This document shows, piece after piece, positions 1-7,667 of a stretch of 64,000 bases of DNA (the stretch's first letter is position 1; the number at the start of each line of letters is the position of its first letter). Made by a program: the position numbers and the translations under genes. The stretch covers positions 896,001-960,000 of the forward strand of contig OZ244065.1 in assembly GCA_965215505.1 (NCBI GenBank). The letters are read 5' to 3'. The notes under the pieces were generated by a model. It worked only from the letters and a program-made list of their open reading frames with translations. It did not search any database and was not told the origin of the DNA. The stretch comes from Capsulimonadaceae bacterium. Its GTDB lineage: Bacteria > Armatimonadota > Armatimonadia > Armatimonadales > Capsulimonadaceae.

Positions 1-160
1 ACATGGCGGGCGGGGCTTCCTAAAACGGCGAGGCAGGGGCCGGAAACTCTCTGTTCCTTGTTCCGTGTACCCACTGCTTTATACCATTAAACAGGCTGGA
101 TTATACCCCACGTTTGGTGTCCGCCGATACCGTTCGCCGAGCCGGGACGGGGCGGACTGA

Positions 161-190
161 TTGACAGCTTCTCCCGCGCCATGGTACTAT
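161..190 (+). promoter_or_regulatory. sigma70-type promoter of the ABC-F gene
   Basis: TTGACA (161-166), 18 nt spacer, TACTAT (185-190) with extended TG; upstream of the CDS at 332. Confidence 0.7.
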
Positions 191-211
191 GGCCCCGATA
201 ACCACACACCG

Positions 212-309
212 GGACGAGAGCCGCGACTTCCGACACGGGCGCGCTCGTCCTGCTTTCCACGGGTGCGCTTCGCGGCGCGTTCCTGAGCAGGACGGGCGCG
301 CTTTCGTCT
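212..309 (+). promoter_or_regulatory. putative attenuator in the 5' leader
   Basis: 16-bp stem 239-254/286-301 (one G-U) followed by TTTCGTCT; 212-218 GGACGAG can pair alternatively with 244-250. Confidence 0.5.
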
Positions 310-331
310 GGAAGCTGACGGAGGAACACCA

Positions 332-1948
332 ATGAGCCTGATACGATTGAACAATGTCACGATGAAATACGACGACCGGCTGGTCCTCCGCAGTGTCTTC
401 TTCAAGCTGCAAGAAGGCGAGCGCGTTGGCCTGATCGGCAAGAACGGCAGCGGCAAGACTACATTGCTGAAGCTGATCCTGGACCAGATCGAGCCGACGT
501 CAGGGGCAGTGGAGCGCGAGCCGGGGTTGAAGATCGGCTACTTCTCGCAGTTCTCCGCGCTCGACGGGGCGCTCTCGGTCCGGCAGGTCTTAGAGGACCT
601 GTTCGCCGACATCCGCGCCCTGGAGGACGACCTGAACCAGATCGCGACCGCCCTGGAAACCGTGGAAGAACCAGACGAGATGGAACGGCTTTTAGAGCGG
701 CAGGCGGCGGGGCTGGACGAAATGACGTTGCGGGACGGCTGGGAGTACGGGCGTCACATTGACACCGTGCTTTCCAAGCTGGGCTTCGTGGAGGAGTATC
801 GCGACCGCCCGATTGACCAGCTCTCGGGCGGCTGGCGCAACCGGGCCGCGCTCGCCAAGATTTTGCTGGAAGCGCCGGACATCCTGCTGCTGGATGAGCC
901 GACCAACTATTTGGACGTGGAAGGGCTGGCCTGGCTGGAGGGCTGGCTGAACGGGTTCCGGGGCGGGCTGCTGCTGATCTCGCACGACCGGCAGTTTTTG
1001 GACGGCGTCGTGACGCGCGTCGTCGAGTTGGAGAACTACCAGTTCCAGGAGTACGCGGGCAGTTTCACGGACTATGTCCGCGAGAAGCAGTTCCGGTTCA
1101 AAACTCTGGAACGCCAGTTCATGCACGAGGAGGAGCTGCTGACCTTCGAGGCCGAGGCGATCTCGGACCGGGACGAGGCGCGGCGCAACCCCAACCCGAG
1201 CCTCCAGCGCAAGCTGGCCGACCTGAAGAAGCGGCGCGAGCCGCGCCCGGTGGACACGGTCGTCTCGGCGATCTACCAGGGCATCCGCCTCCCCGACAAG
1301 ATGCTGGCCGTGGAAAACCTGGCGAAGTCCTACGGCGGCCCGGTCCTCTTCTCGGGCGTGTCGTTTGAAGTCCAGAAGGGCGAGCGGCTGGCAATCGTCG
1401 GCCCCAACGGCAGCGGCAAGTCCACCCTGCTGCGCCTGCTGACCCAGGAGGAAACGCCCGACGCGGGCGAGATCGTCTGGCCCGGCGGCACCTCCTTCGC
1501 CGACTTCAACCAGATCCTAGCCGAAGAGGACCCTAGCGACACGGTGACACACGCGGTCAACACGATGGGCGGGGCGGGCAGCCTCGCCTTCGGCGCGCAG
1601 CGCAAGCAGGTCAACAAGTTTCTGGGCCTGCTCCAGTTCTCCGAGATGGACCTGAGCCAGCGGATCGGGACACTGTCGGGCGGCCAGCGCGCCCGCGTCG
1701 CCCTGGCGAAGTGCCTGCTGTCGGGGGCACAGACATTGATCTTGGATGAGCCGACGAACCACCTGGACCTGACCAGCACGCAGGTCATGGAGCGCGCCCT
1801 GGTCAACTTCCCCGGCGCGGTCGTCGTGGTCAGCCACGACCGGTTCTTCCTGGACAAAGTGGCGACCCGGCTTCTCGTCTTCGGGCCGGGCGGGCGGACC
1901 TCGGAGTTCAACGGCAACTGGACGATGTGGCAGACGGCGGGGCAGTGA
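332..1948 (+). CDS. ABC-F family ATP-binding protein
   Basis: two ABC domains (GKNGSGKT, GPNGSGKS; LSGG; LLLDEPTN), no TM segments; GGAGGA RBS. Confidence 0.93.
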   Translation: MSLIRLNNVTMKYDDRLVLRSVFFKLQEGERVGLIGKNGSGKTTLLKLILDQIEPTSGAVEREPGLKIGYFSQFSALDGALSVRQVLEDLFADIRALEDDLNQIATALETVEEPDEMERLLERQAAGLDEMTLRDGWEYGRHIDTVLSKLGFVEEYRDRPIDQLSGGWRNRAALAKILLEAPDILLLDEPTNYLDVEGLAWLEGWLNGFRGGLLLISHDRQFLDGVVTRVVELENYQFQEYAGSFTDYVREKQFRFKTLERQFMHEEELLTFEAEAISDRDEARRNPNPSLQRKLADLKKRREPRPVDTVVSAIYQGIRLPDKMLAVENLAKSYGGPVLFSGVSFEVQKGERLAIVGPNGSGKSTLLRLLTQEETPDAGEIVWPGGTSFADFNQILAEEDPSDTVTHAVNTMGGAGSLAFGAQRKQVNKFLGLLQFSEMDLSQRIGTLSGGQRARVALAKCLLSGAQTLILDEPTNHLDLTSTQVMERALVNFPGAVVVVSHDRFFLDKVATRLLVFGPGGRTSEFNGNWTMWQTAGQ

Positions 1949-1952
1949 GGCT

Positions 1953-2996
1953 CTACCGCTTCACGGGATACCCCTGCCACAGCCATTCCAAAGCGCCGGG
2001 GAGGGTCTGCCGCGTCACCCGCCCATCCACATGCCCCGCCCCTTCGGCGTACACATACCGGTAATCATACCCTTTCGCCTTCAGAGCCGCCGCCATGCGC
2101 TGGTTCGCCAGCACCCAGTTGTGCAGCGAAGCCTCGTCCCGCGTTGAGCCGTTATCGTGTTCGCCGACTTCCAGCCAGACCCGCAGCGGCTTGCGGGCGC
2201 TCTGCCCGATCAGATGCTCGTGGTACTCCCACGCCCCGTGCGGCGAGGCGGGATTCGGCGGCGACTGCTGGTTGACGTAGGTGCCCGAGTAAGTCAGCAC
2301 GCGCCGGTACAGGTCCGGCCGGAACCAGGCCATCGTGAAGGCCGCCGCCCCGCCCGAGCTGCCGCCCATCGTCGCCCGGCCGTCGGGGTCCTTGGTAAAG
2401 GTAACCGAATAATCCCTAGTGATCCGGGGCAGCACCTCGGTTTCGACGAACCGAGCGTAGGCGTCCGAAACGGTGTCGTATTCCAGCCCACGCTCGCTCC
2501 CCTGGGCATCGCCCCCGCCCGAGTTGATGAAGACGGCGACCATGACGGGCAGGCGGCGCTGCTGAATGAGAGTGTCGAGGGCGCGCGTCACCACGTCCCG
2601 ATAGCCCAGGCCGTCCTGGACGACGAGGAATGGCGCCGGTGTGCCGGGGACGTACTGCGACGGGACGTAGACCGCCACCCGGCGCTGATACGGGACCGTG
2701 CCCGGCTGGTTCTTGGCGATGCCGGGGTAGATCTTGCTGTCGGCGGAGTCCATGGTGAACTCGTGGACCGCCCCGCGCGGCACATCGGGTGCCACCGTCA
2801 ACTCGGGCGCGTCGGCATACACCGGCCCGATGGTCAGCTCCGCCTGATCCGCCGCACCCCTGGCCCTGGCCTCAGCCGTGCGAGCGGGCGGCGTCTTGGC
2901 GCTGTCGGCGGACGCGCAGCTTGAAGCCAGCAGCATTGACGCCAGTGCGAGGGGGAGCAAGAAAACGGGGCCAGCCAACCTGTAGGCGTTCTGCAT
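1953..2996 (-). CDS. secreted esterase, alpha/beta hydrolase (enterochelin esterase-like)
   Basis: GGSSGG nucleophile motif, signal/lipoprotein-like N-terminus; start trimmed to MQNAY after an AGGAG RBS. Confidence 0.82.
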   Translation of the reverse strand: MQNAYRLAGPVFLLPLALASMLLASSCASADSAKTPPARTAEARARGAADQAELTIGPVYADAPELTVAPDVPRGAVHEFTMDSADSKIYPGIAKNQPGTVPYQRRVAVYVPSQYVPGTPAPFLVVQDGLGYRDVVTRALDTLIQQRRLPVMVAVFINSGGGDAQGSERGLEYDTVSDAYARFVETEVLPRITRDYSVTFTKDPDGRATMGGSSGGAAAFTMAWFRPDLYRRVLTYSGTYVNQQSPPNPASPHGAWEYHEHLIGQSARKPLRVWLEVGEHDNGSTRDEASLHNWVLANQRMAAALKAKGYDYRYVYAEGAGHVDGRVTRQTLPGALEWLWQGYPVKR

Positions 2997-3039
2997 GACT
3001 TTCTCCTTTGCACCCGCCGCCGGATGCGCCACAGACTGC

Positions 3040-3074
3040 AAAACCCCCGGCGCAGGATCTGCGCCGGGGGTTTT
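3040..3074. terminator. intrinsic terminator downstream of tRNA-Thr (bidirectional hairpin)
   Basis: AAAACCCCCGGCGCAG-GAT-CTGCGCCGGGGGTTTT perfect inverted repeat. Confidence 0.8.
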
Positions 3075-3093
3075 CACTCTTTGATATGCGAAC

Positions 3094-3165
3094 AGCCGAC
3101 ACGCGGATTCGAACCGCGGACCTGCTGTTTACGAAACAGCTGCTCTACCACTGAGCCATGTCGGC
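3094..3165 (-). tRNA. tRNA-Thr(CGU)
   Basis: cloverleaf GCCGACA...TGTCGGC T; anticodon arm GCTGT-TTCGTAA-ACAGC; GTTCGAATC T-loop; CCA not encoded. Confidence 0.95.
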
Positions 3166-3180
3166 GTGAGTTACGGGCGA

Positions 3181-3210
3181 ATTATACTGCAAACCGGGGG
3201 TGCCTGTCAA
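3181..3210 (-). promoter_or_regulatory. consensus sigma70 promoter of tRNA-Thr
   Basis: TTGACA-N18-TATAAT on the minus strand, 15 nt upstream of the tRNA. Confidence 0.85.
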
Positions 3211-3215
3211 GAGGG

Positions 3216-3929
3216 TCAGCCGACGATCTTGCGGAGCATGTCGGGGCTGTTGGTGATGATGCCATCCACTTTGCAGACGTGGCGCATCCGGCGCATGTCT
3301 TCCGAGAGGTCCACTGTCCAGGCGTAGACCAGTTTGTCGCGCCGGTGCAGGATGTCCACGAGTTCCGGGGTGAGAAGGCGGTGATGCCAGGTGACGGCCT
3401 CCGTATCCAGGCTCAGAAGCAGCGCGGGCGTGATCAGGTGTTTCTGGTCTATGTCGAGAGTCAGGCTGAGGGGGATGCGCGGGTCGAGGCTGCGGAGGAT
3501 GCGGCGGCTGACTTCGCCCGCGCCGGAGACCAGGAGCGACTCGCGGGGGAACCCGGAGTGCCGGATGGCGCGGGCGATGAGGGTTTCGGCCCCCGGCTCC
3601 TTGAAGTCCAGCATCAGGCCGACGCCCGCCTCGGCCGCAAGCGTAAACGTCTCGTCCAGGGTCGTCAGGGCCTCGCCCCACTCGCCGCCGTTCCGCCGCC
3701 ACTGCTGGAAGCTGCGGTCCCGAAGGGGAACCTCCTCACCGTCGAGCAGGTGTACGCTCTCATGGTCCAGGATGAGTACATCGTCGCGGGTGCGGCGCAC
3801 GTCCACCTCCAGCATCTGCGCGCCCGCCTCTACGGCCCGGCGCAGGGAGGCGAGCGTATTGCCGGGCGGGACCAGGTAGGGGGCACCGCGATGGGCAACG
3901 ATTGGGAAAGGACGCAGCTCAGAGGGCAT
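3216..3929 (-). CDS. glycerophosphodiester phosphodiesterase family protein
   Basis: AHRGA, EVDVRRTRD, WTVD, DGIITN motifs. Confidence 0.9.
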   Translation of the reverse strand: MPSELRPFPIVAHRGAPYLVPPGNTLASLRRAVEAGAQMLEVDVRRTRDDVLILDHESVHLLDGEEVPLRDRSFQQWRRNGGEWGEALTTLDETFTLAAEAGVGLMLDFKEPGAETLIARAIRHSGFPRESLLVSGAGEVSRRILRSLDPRIPLSLTLDIDQKHLITPALLLSLDTEAVTWHHRLLTPELVDILHRRDKLVYAWTVDLSEDMRRMRHVCKVDGIITNSPDMLRKIVG

Positions 3930-3966
3930 GGGACTACGCTATCATTCTGGGGGGCAGAAACAGTTA

Positions 3967-3989
3967 AAGGGAGAGCATAGCCCTCCCTT
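3967..3989 (-). terminator. putative terminator downstream of tRNA-Phe
   Basis: minus strand AAGGGAGGGC-TAT-GCTCTCCCTT followed by TAACTGTTT. Confidence 0.5.
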
Positions 3990-4043
3990 AGTTTACGTCA
4001 ATGAGTAACATCAACTTGTAATGTTGTTCATCTTGTGGTGATA

Positions 4044-4119
4044 TGGTGCCGCCTACCGGACTTGAACCAGTGACACCTCAATTTTCAGTCGAGTGCTCTA
4101 CCAACTGAGCTAAGGCGGC
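4044..4119 (-). tRNA. tRNA-Phe(GAA)
   Basis: 76-nt cloverleaf GCCGCCT...AGGCGGC ACCA; anticodon loop CTGAAAA. Confidence 0.95.
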
Positions 4120-4138
4120 ATTGCGATTAGACGGGCCT

Positions 4139-4167
4139 ATTATACCTGCGGCATCTTGAAAATGCAA
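4139..4167 (-). promoter_or_regulatory. sigma70 promoter of tRNA-Phe
   Basis: TTGCAT-N17-TATAAT on the minus strand; the -35 lies inside the inverted repeat GCATCTTG/CAAGATGC. Confidence 0.7.
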
Positions 4168-4195
4168 GATGCTGTCACACGGAAATGTGAGAAGA

Positions 4196-4226
4196 TGATG
4201 GGCGAGGCAGAATTTGAACCCGCGAC
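4196..4226 (-). pseudogene. 3' remnant of a canonical tRNA (probably Val)
   Basis: minus strand GTC-GCGGG-TTCAAAT-TCTGC-CTCGCCC-A-TCA = end of variable loop, T arm, acceptor 3' strand, A73 and degenerate CCA; no adjacent D or anticodon arm. Confidence 0.72.
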
Positions 4227-4246
4227 TATGATCGGAGAGCAACAAA

Positions 4247-4325
4247 TCGTCCCGACAAGACTCGAACTTGTGATGTGGTATGCCTCCGTGTAAAGGAGGT
4301 GGAATCGCCGCTATCCAACGGGACG
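4247..4325 (-). tRNA. atypical tRNA-Val(UAC)
   Basis: acceptor CGTCCCG/CGGGACG + A73; D arm GGA/TCC with A14, G18G19; anticodon arm CCTCC-TTTACAC-GGAGG; 11-nt variable region; T arm ACAAG-TTCGAGT-CTTGT. Confidence 0.85.
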
Positions 4326-4913
4326 GTAATCGTATTCTCTTCCGTTATAATACTGCCTGCGGGTTCGTCTCCCGTTCCCCTTGTTTCCTCCTTTGTAGGT
4401 TAATGTCTGAGCATCACAATTGCAACAGACAAGTCTCAGATTACACAGGGCGTTGTTGTCGGCGTGACCGTCAACATGATCAAGGACAAGAGGAATATCC
4501 TCGCCCATCCACTTGTCAAGGCTACAGATCGTACACTGCTTACCAGATGTTAAAGCCAGGTATTTCTTGCCACCATATTCGCTGGGCGCAACTCCTGTTG
4601 TCTCCATGCGAGCCAGATACTGGTCAGATTGGCACGCTCTGCTACAGAACTTGTCCCGGTTGGCTTTGAGCTTTCGACCACAGGAGCAGAAGGCAGACGG
4701 GATGCCATCCCGGCGGACGCCTTGATTATTAACTTTCGCCGCACAACTCGTTGAACAGAAAGTGTTGTTGCGCTTCGAGTAGTCCAAGAGTCGTTCGCAG
4801 TGGCGGCAGGTTCTCGGACTAGCTTGATGAATTGACAACCGAGTTTGATACTTCTGAGCGCAAGCCAGCTTTGCTTTCTCTACATCGATTCTTGCGGCCT
4901 CGGCTTTTGTCAT
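4311..4913 (-). CDS. HNH endonuclease with multiple CxxC/FCS zinc-binding motifs (homing endonuclease-like)
   Basis: CTIC...LVLDHVDGHADNNALCNLRLVCCNCD HNH signature; N-terminal CRHC, FCSTSC, FCSRAC; visibly more AT-rich than flanking genes. Confidence 0.88.
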   Translation of the reverse strand: MTKAEAARIDVEKAKLACAQKYQTRLSIHQASPRTCRHCERLLDYSKRNNTFCSTSCAAKVNNQGVRRDGIPSAFCSCGRKLKANRDKFCSRACQSDQYLARMETTGVAPSEYGGKKYLALTSGKQCTICSLDKWMGEDIPLVLDHVDGHADNNALCNLRLVCCNCDAQTLTYKGGNKGNGRRTRRQYYNGREYDYRPVG

Positions 4914-4944
4914 GTTCCCACGCCACTCGCTCTCTTAGTCGTGG

Positions 4945-4973
4945 AGTGTACCCCCAGACCGCTGATAAGTCAA
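4945..4973 (-). promoter_or_regulatory. sigma70 promoter driving the HNH/tRNA-Val unit
   Basis: TTGACT (4973-4968)-N17-TACACT (4950-4945). Confidence 0.75.
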
Positions 4974-5053
4974 GCGGGCCGTTCCCCTACGTTTGCGCCG
5001 GGAGACGTTCGGGTATTTTTGCGGCAGGACTGATACAGTCCGGGAGGGCATTT

Positions 5054-5323
5054 ATGAAGATCACATTCCAGGCCGCCGCGCTGTCGGCGGCACTCACGCT
5101 CGCGGCCAGCGTGCCATTCGCGGCCCCGGCCGCGGCGAAGACTACTCACCACAGCAAGCGCGCGACGCGGAGCCACGCGGCGACCAGCCATGGCACGACG
5201 ACCCGCAGCAGCGCGATGAGTAAGGGCAGCATGAAGTCGGGCACGACGGCGGCACCGACAAGAGGCATGGCGAACCCGGCCATGTCCACGGCCCCGGCGA
5301 CGAGCGGCGGCGACAAGCCATAA
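5054..5323 (+). CDS. small secreted basic low-complexity protein
   Basis: GGAGG RBS, Sec signal peptide ending in AxA, H/K/S/T/M-rich tail, followed by a terminator. Confidence 0.7.
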   Translation: MKITFQAAALSAALTLAASVPFAAPAAAKTTHHSKRATRSHAATSHGTTTRSSAMSKGSMKSGTTAAPTRGMANPAMSTAPATSGGDKP

Positions 5324-5339
5324 TCACACCCCGACGCGC

Positions 5340-5373
5340 AGCCGCCCCCCGCACACAGGGGGGCGGCTTTTTT
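5340..5373 (+). terminator. intrinsic terminator
   Basis: AGCCGCCCCCC...GGGGGGCGGCT hairpin with T-tract. Confidence 0.8.
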
Positions 5374-5376
5374 CCG

Positions 5377-5739
5377 TCAGGGCAGCCCTTCCGGCAGGAT
5401 CTCGAACTGGTTACCCCAGGGGTCGCGGACGGTGAAGCGGGGGTAGCCCATCGGGATGGAAGCGCCCTCGGTGGCATAGCCCATGCCGGAAAGGTGGGCG
5501 CGGGCGGCCTCCACGTCACTCGTCGCAAGAGCCGTGTGGCCCCCGCCGACGACGCCCTCCGGCGGCTGGCCGATGTGGAATTTCACCTGCCCGGCGGAGA
5601 ACCATAGCACGGAGACGTGGGCGAGCGAGGGCGGCGTCGGCACCTCGGTCAGCCCCAGCCCTTCCCCATAGAACCGGCGGACGTCGTCGGGCGAGGCACC
5701 GGGGGCCATCAGATAGATGTGATGCACGGCGAGTTTCAT
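5377..5739 (-). CDS. VOC/glyoxalase family protein
   Basis: HHIYL, FYGEGLGL, DPWGNQFE motifs; start trimmed to MKLAV. Confidence 0.85.
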   Translation of the reverse strand: MKLAVHHIYLMAPGASPDDVRRFYGEGLGLTEVPTPPSLAHVSVLWFSAGQVKFHIGQPPEGVVGGGHTALATSDVEAARAHLSGMGYATEGASIPMGYPRFTVRDPWGNQFEILPEGLP

Positions 5740-5744
5740 GATGA

Positions 5745-6386
5745 TCATTCCTTTCGGGCCACGACAAATACCCAGGACCCCAGGGCGTCGTCCCGCCGGC
5801 TGTAGTGCCGGTACTCGGTCAGGTCCAGCACCCGCCAGCCGCCGGCGGGGAAGTAGGCCAGCATCTCGTCGGCGGACGCGGCGAAGAAGCCGCCGATCTG
5901 CGCCCCCCACCCCGCCATGGCAGGACTGAAGACGCCGACCGCGCACAGGCCGCCCGGCTTCGTCGCGGCCTGCAACCGGGTGATGTGGGAGGGTGCCTCG
6001 TCCGGCGGCAGGAACTGGTAGACGTTGGCGGCGAGGGCGAGGTCGTAGGCTTCCGGGGTGTAGTCGAAGGCGCGGACATCCCCCAAGGCCAGGTCAACCC
6101 GGTCCGAGGGCACGTCGCGCCGGGCGAGCAGGGCGCGCGTCTTTTCCAGCCCGGCCGGGGCGACATCGCGGGCGACGACATGGAAACCGGCCTCGGCCAA
6201 AAAGGCCGTATCACGGCCTTCGCCGCTGCCAAGGTCCAGGGCGGTTGCGCCGATGGGGTCCCCGCCGAAGGCCCGGAAGCAGCGCAGGGCGGAGCGGGCG
6301 ATCAGGCTAGGCTCCTCGCCGAAGAAGTGTTCCGGGGACGACGCATAAACGGCATCCCAATCGCGCGGCGGCTGGAAGTCGGGCAT
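5745..6386 (-). CDS. class I SAM-dependent methyltransferase (TehB-like)
   Basis: ALDLGSGEGRD motif I; start trimmed to MPDFQ. Confidence 0.85.
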   Translation of the reverse strand: MPDFQPPRDWDAVYASSPEHFFGEEPSLIARSALRCFRAFGGDPIGATALDLGSGEGRDTAFLAEAGFHVVARDVAPAGLEKTRALLARRDVPSDRVDLALGDVRAFDYTPEAYDLALAANVYQFLPPDEAPSHITRLQAATKPGGLCAVGVFSPAMAGWGAQIGGFFAASADEMLAYFPAGGWRVLDLTEYRHYSRRDDALGSWVFVVARKE

Positions 6387-6437
6387 GACGCTTCTATTCG
6401 GCGGGTCGGGTACAATCCCCTGCGTGACCCGCTTATC

Positions 6438-7667
6438 ATGAACGAAGAGATCGCCCGTTTTCTGCTCGCCCCGGCGGGCCGCGCCCTGCTGGCCGAGGCC
6501 GACGCTCTGCTGACGGCGCGGGCCGAAACGCTGACCGCCCTGACGCGGCTGCGCCGGAGTGCCGCCCCGGACCTCGCGGTCGCGGCCTGGGACATGGCCG
6601 AGATGCGGCGGCGCGGGCAGGTCAAGTTCGGCCCACTCTCGGCGCAAATGTATTTCGTGCGCGAGGCCTTGGAACAGGCGTCGGGGCGCGGCACGGCGGA
6701 CTACCACGCGGCCAGGCTGGCGGCGTCGGGGGCGCAGGCCGTGGCGGACCTCGGCGGGGGAATCGGCGGCGACGCGCTGGCCTTCGCCCGCGCAGGGTTG
6801 ACCGTAACCCTGATCGAGCGCGACCCGGTCCGCGCCCTGTTCGCGGAGGAGAACGCCCGCGTCTGGGAGTTGGCGGGGCGCATCGCCGTCGTGCAGCAAG
6901 ACGTCACCGAGGCGGCGATTTCCGCCCAGGCGGCCTGGCTGGACCCGGCCCGACGCCGGGACAGCCGCCGCGTCTCGGACCCGGAGGATTACGCGCCCCC
7001 GCTGTCGTGGCTGACGGAGATGTCGGCGCGCGGCGTCGGCAGCATCGGCGTCAAGCTCTCGCCGGGCATTGACCACGCCCTGGCGGGCCGGTTCGGGGCG
7101 GAACTGGAGTTCCTGTCGGAAGGCGGCGAGTGCCGCGAGGCGCTGCTGTGGCTCGGCGGGGCAAGGTCGGGCGACGCCTTGCGGGCGACGGTGATCACGC
7201 CGCAGGGGCCGGTCAGCCTGTCGGGGCGTGAGGACACGCCGGGGCAGCCGGTCGCCGGCGGCGGCAAATACCTGTATGAGCCGGACCCGGCCGTCATCCG
7301 CGCGCACCTGGTCGGCACCCTGGCGCGTCAGCTTGACGCCGCCCCCACTGACCCGCAGATCGCGTATCTGCTCGGGGACCGACTCCGGCACACGCCGTTC
7401 GCCGACGCCTACGAAGTCCTGGACCGGTTCCCCTACGGCAACAAGCGGCTGCAAAGAGCCTTAACCGACCGCGACGTGGGCCGCGTCATCATCAAGAAGC
7501 GCGGCTTCCCGCAGGAGCCGGACGAGGTCCGCAAACAGCTTAAACTGCGCGGGTCGCAGGAGATGATCGTCGTTCTGGCCCGCATCGGCAAGGGGCACGA
7601 GGTCTTTCTTTGCCGCTTGGTGCAGGAAACCGGCCCCGCCCCGTCCAATGACAATCCCCGTGACTGA
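6438..7667 (+). CDS. SAM-dependent methyltransferase with THUMP-like C-terminal domain
   Basis: ALEQAS, VADLGGGIGGD, DPARR, VKLSPG, LYEPDPAVIRA motifs. Confidence 0.82.
   Translation: MNEEIARFLLAPAGRALLAEADALLTARAETLTALTRLRRSAAPDLAVAAWDMAEMRRRGQVKFGPLSAQMYFVREALEQASGRGTADYHAARLAASGAQAVADLGGGIGGDALAFARAGLTVTLIERDPVRALFAEENARVWELAGRIAVVQQDVTEAAISAQAAWLDPARRRDSRRVSDPEDYAPPLSWLTEMSARGVGSIGVKLSPGIDHALAGRFGAELEFLSEGGECREALLWLGGARSGDALRATVITPQGPVSLSGREDTPGQPVAGGGKYLYEPDPAVIRAHLVGTLARQLDAAPTDPQIAYLLGDRLRHTPFADAYEVLDRFPYGNKRLQRALTDRDVGRVIIKKRGFPQEPDEVRKQLKLRGSQEMIVVLARIGKGHEVFLCRLVQETGPAPSNDNPRD

Noticed and set aside
189-335. 48-codon uORF overlapping the ABC-F start
   Set aside because: Its ATG lies within the predicted -10 box, so it would not be in the transcript; no RBS.
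4227-4920. group I intron or integrase-type island in the tRNA
   Set aside because: Non-coding flanks are too short for a ribozyme core, the D and anticodon arms of the host tRNA are missing rather than interrupted, and there is no integrase or direct-repeat att pair.
5745-7667. two long overlapping antisense ORFs (569 and 620 aa)
   Set aside because: These are two divergent methyltransferase genes starting at 6386 and 6438; the extensions are GC-rich shadow frames.
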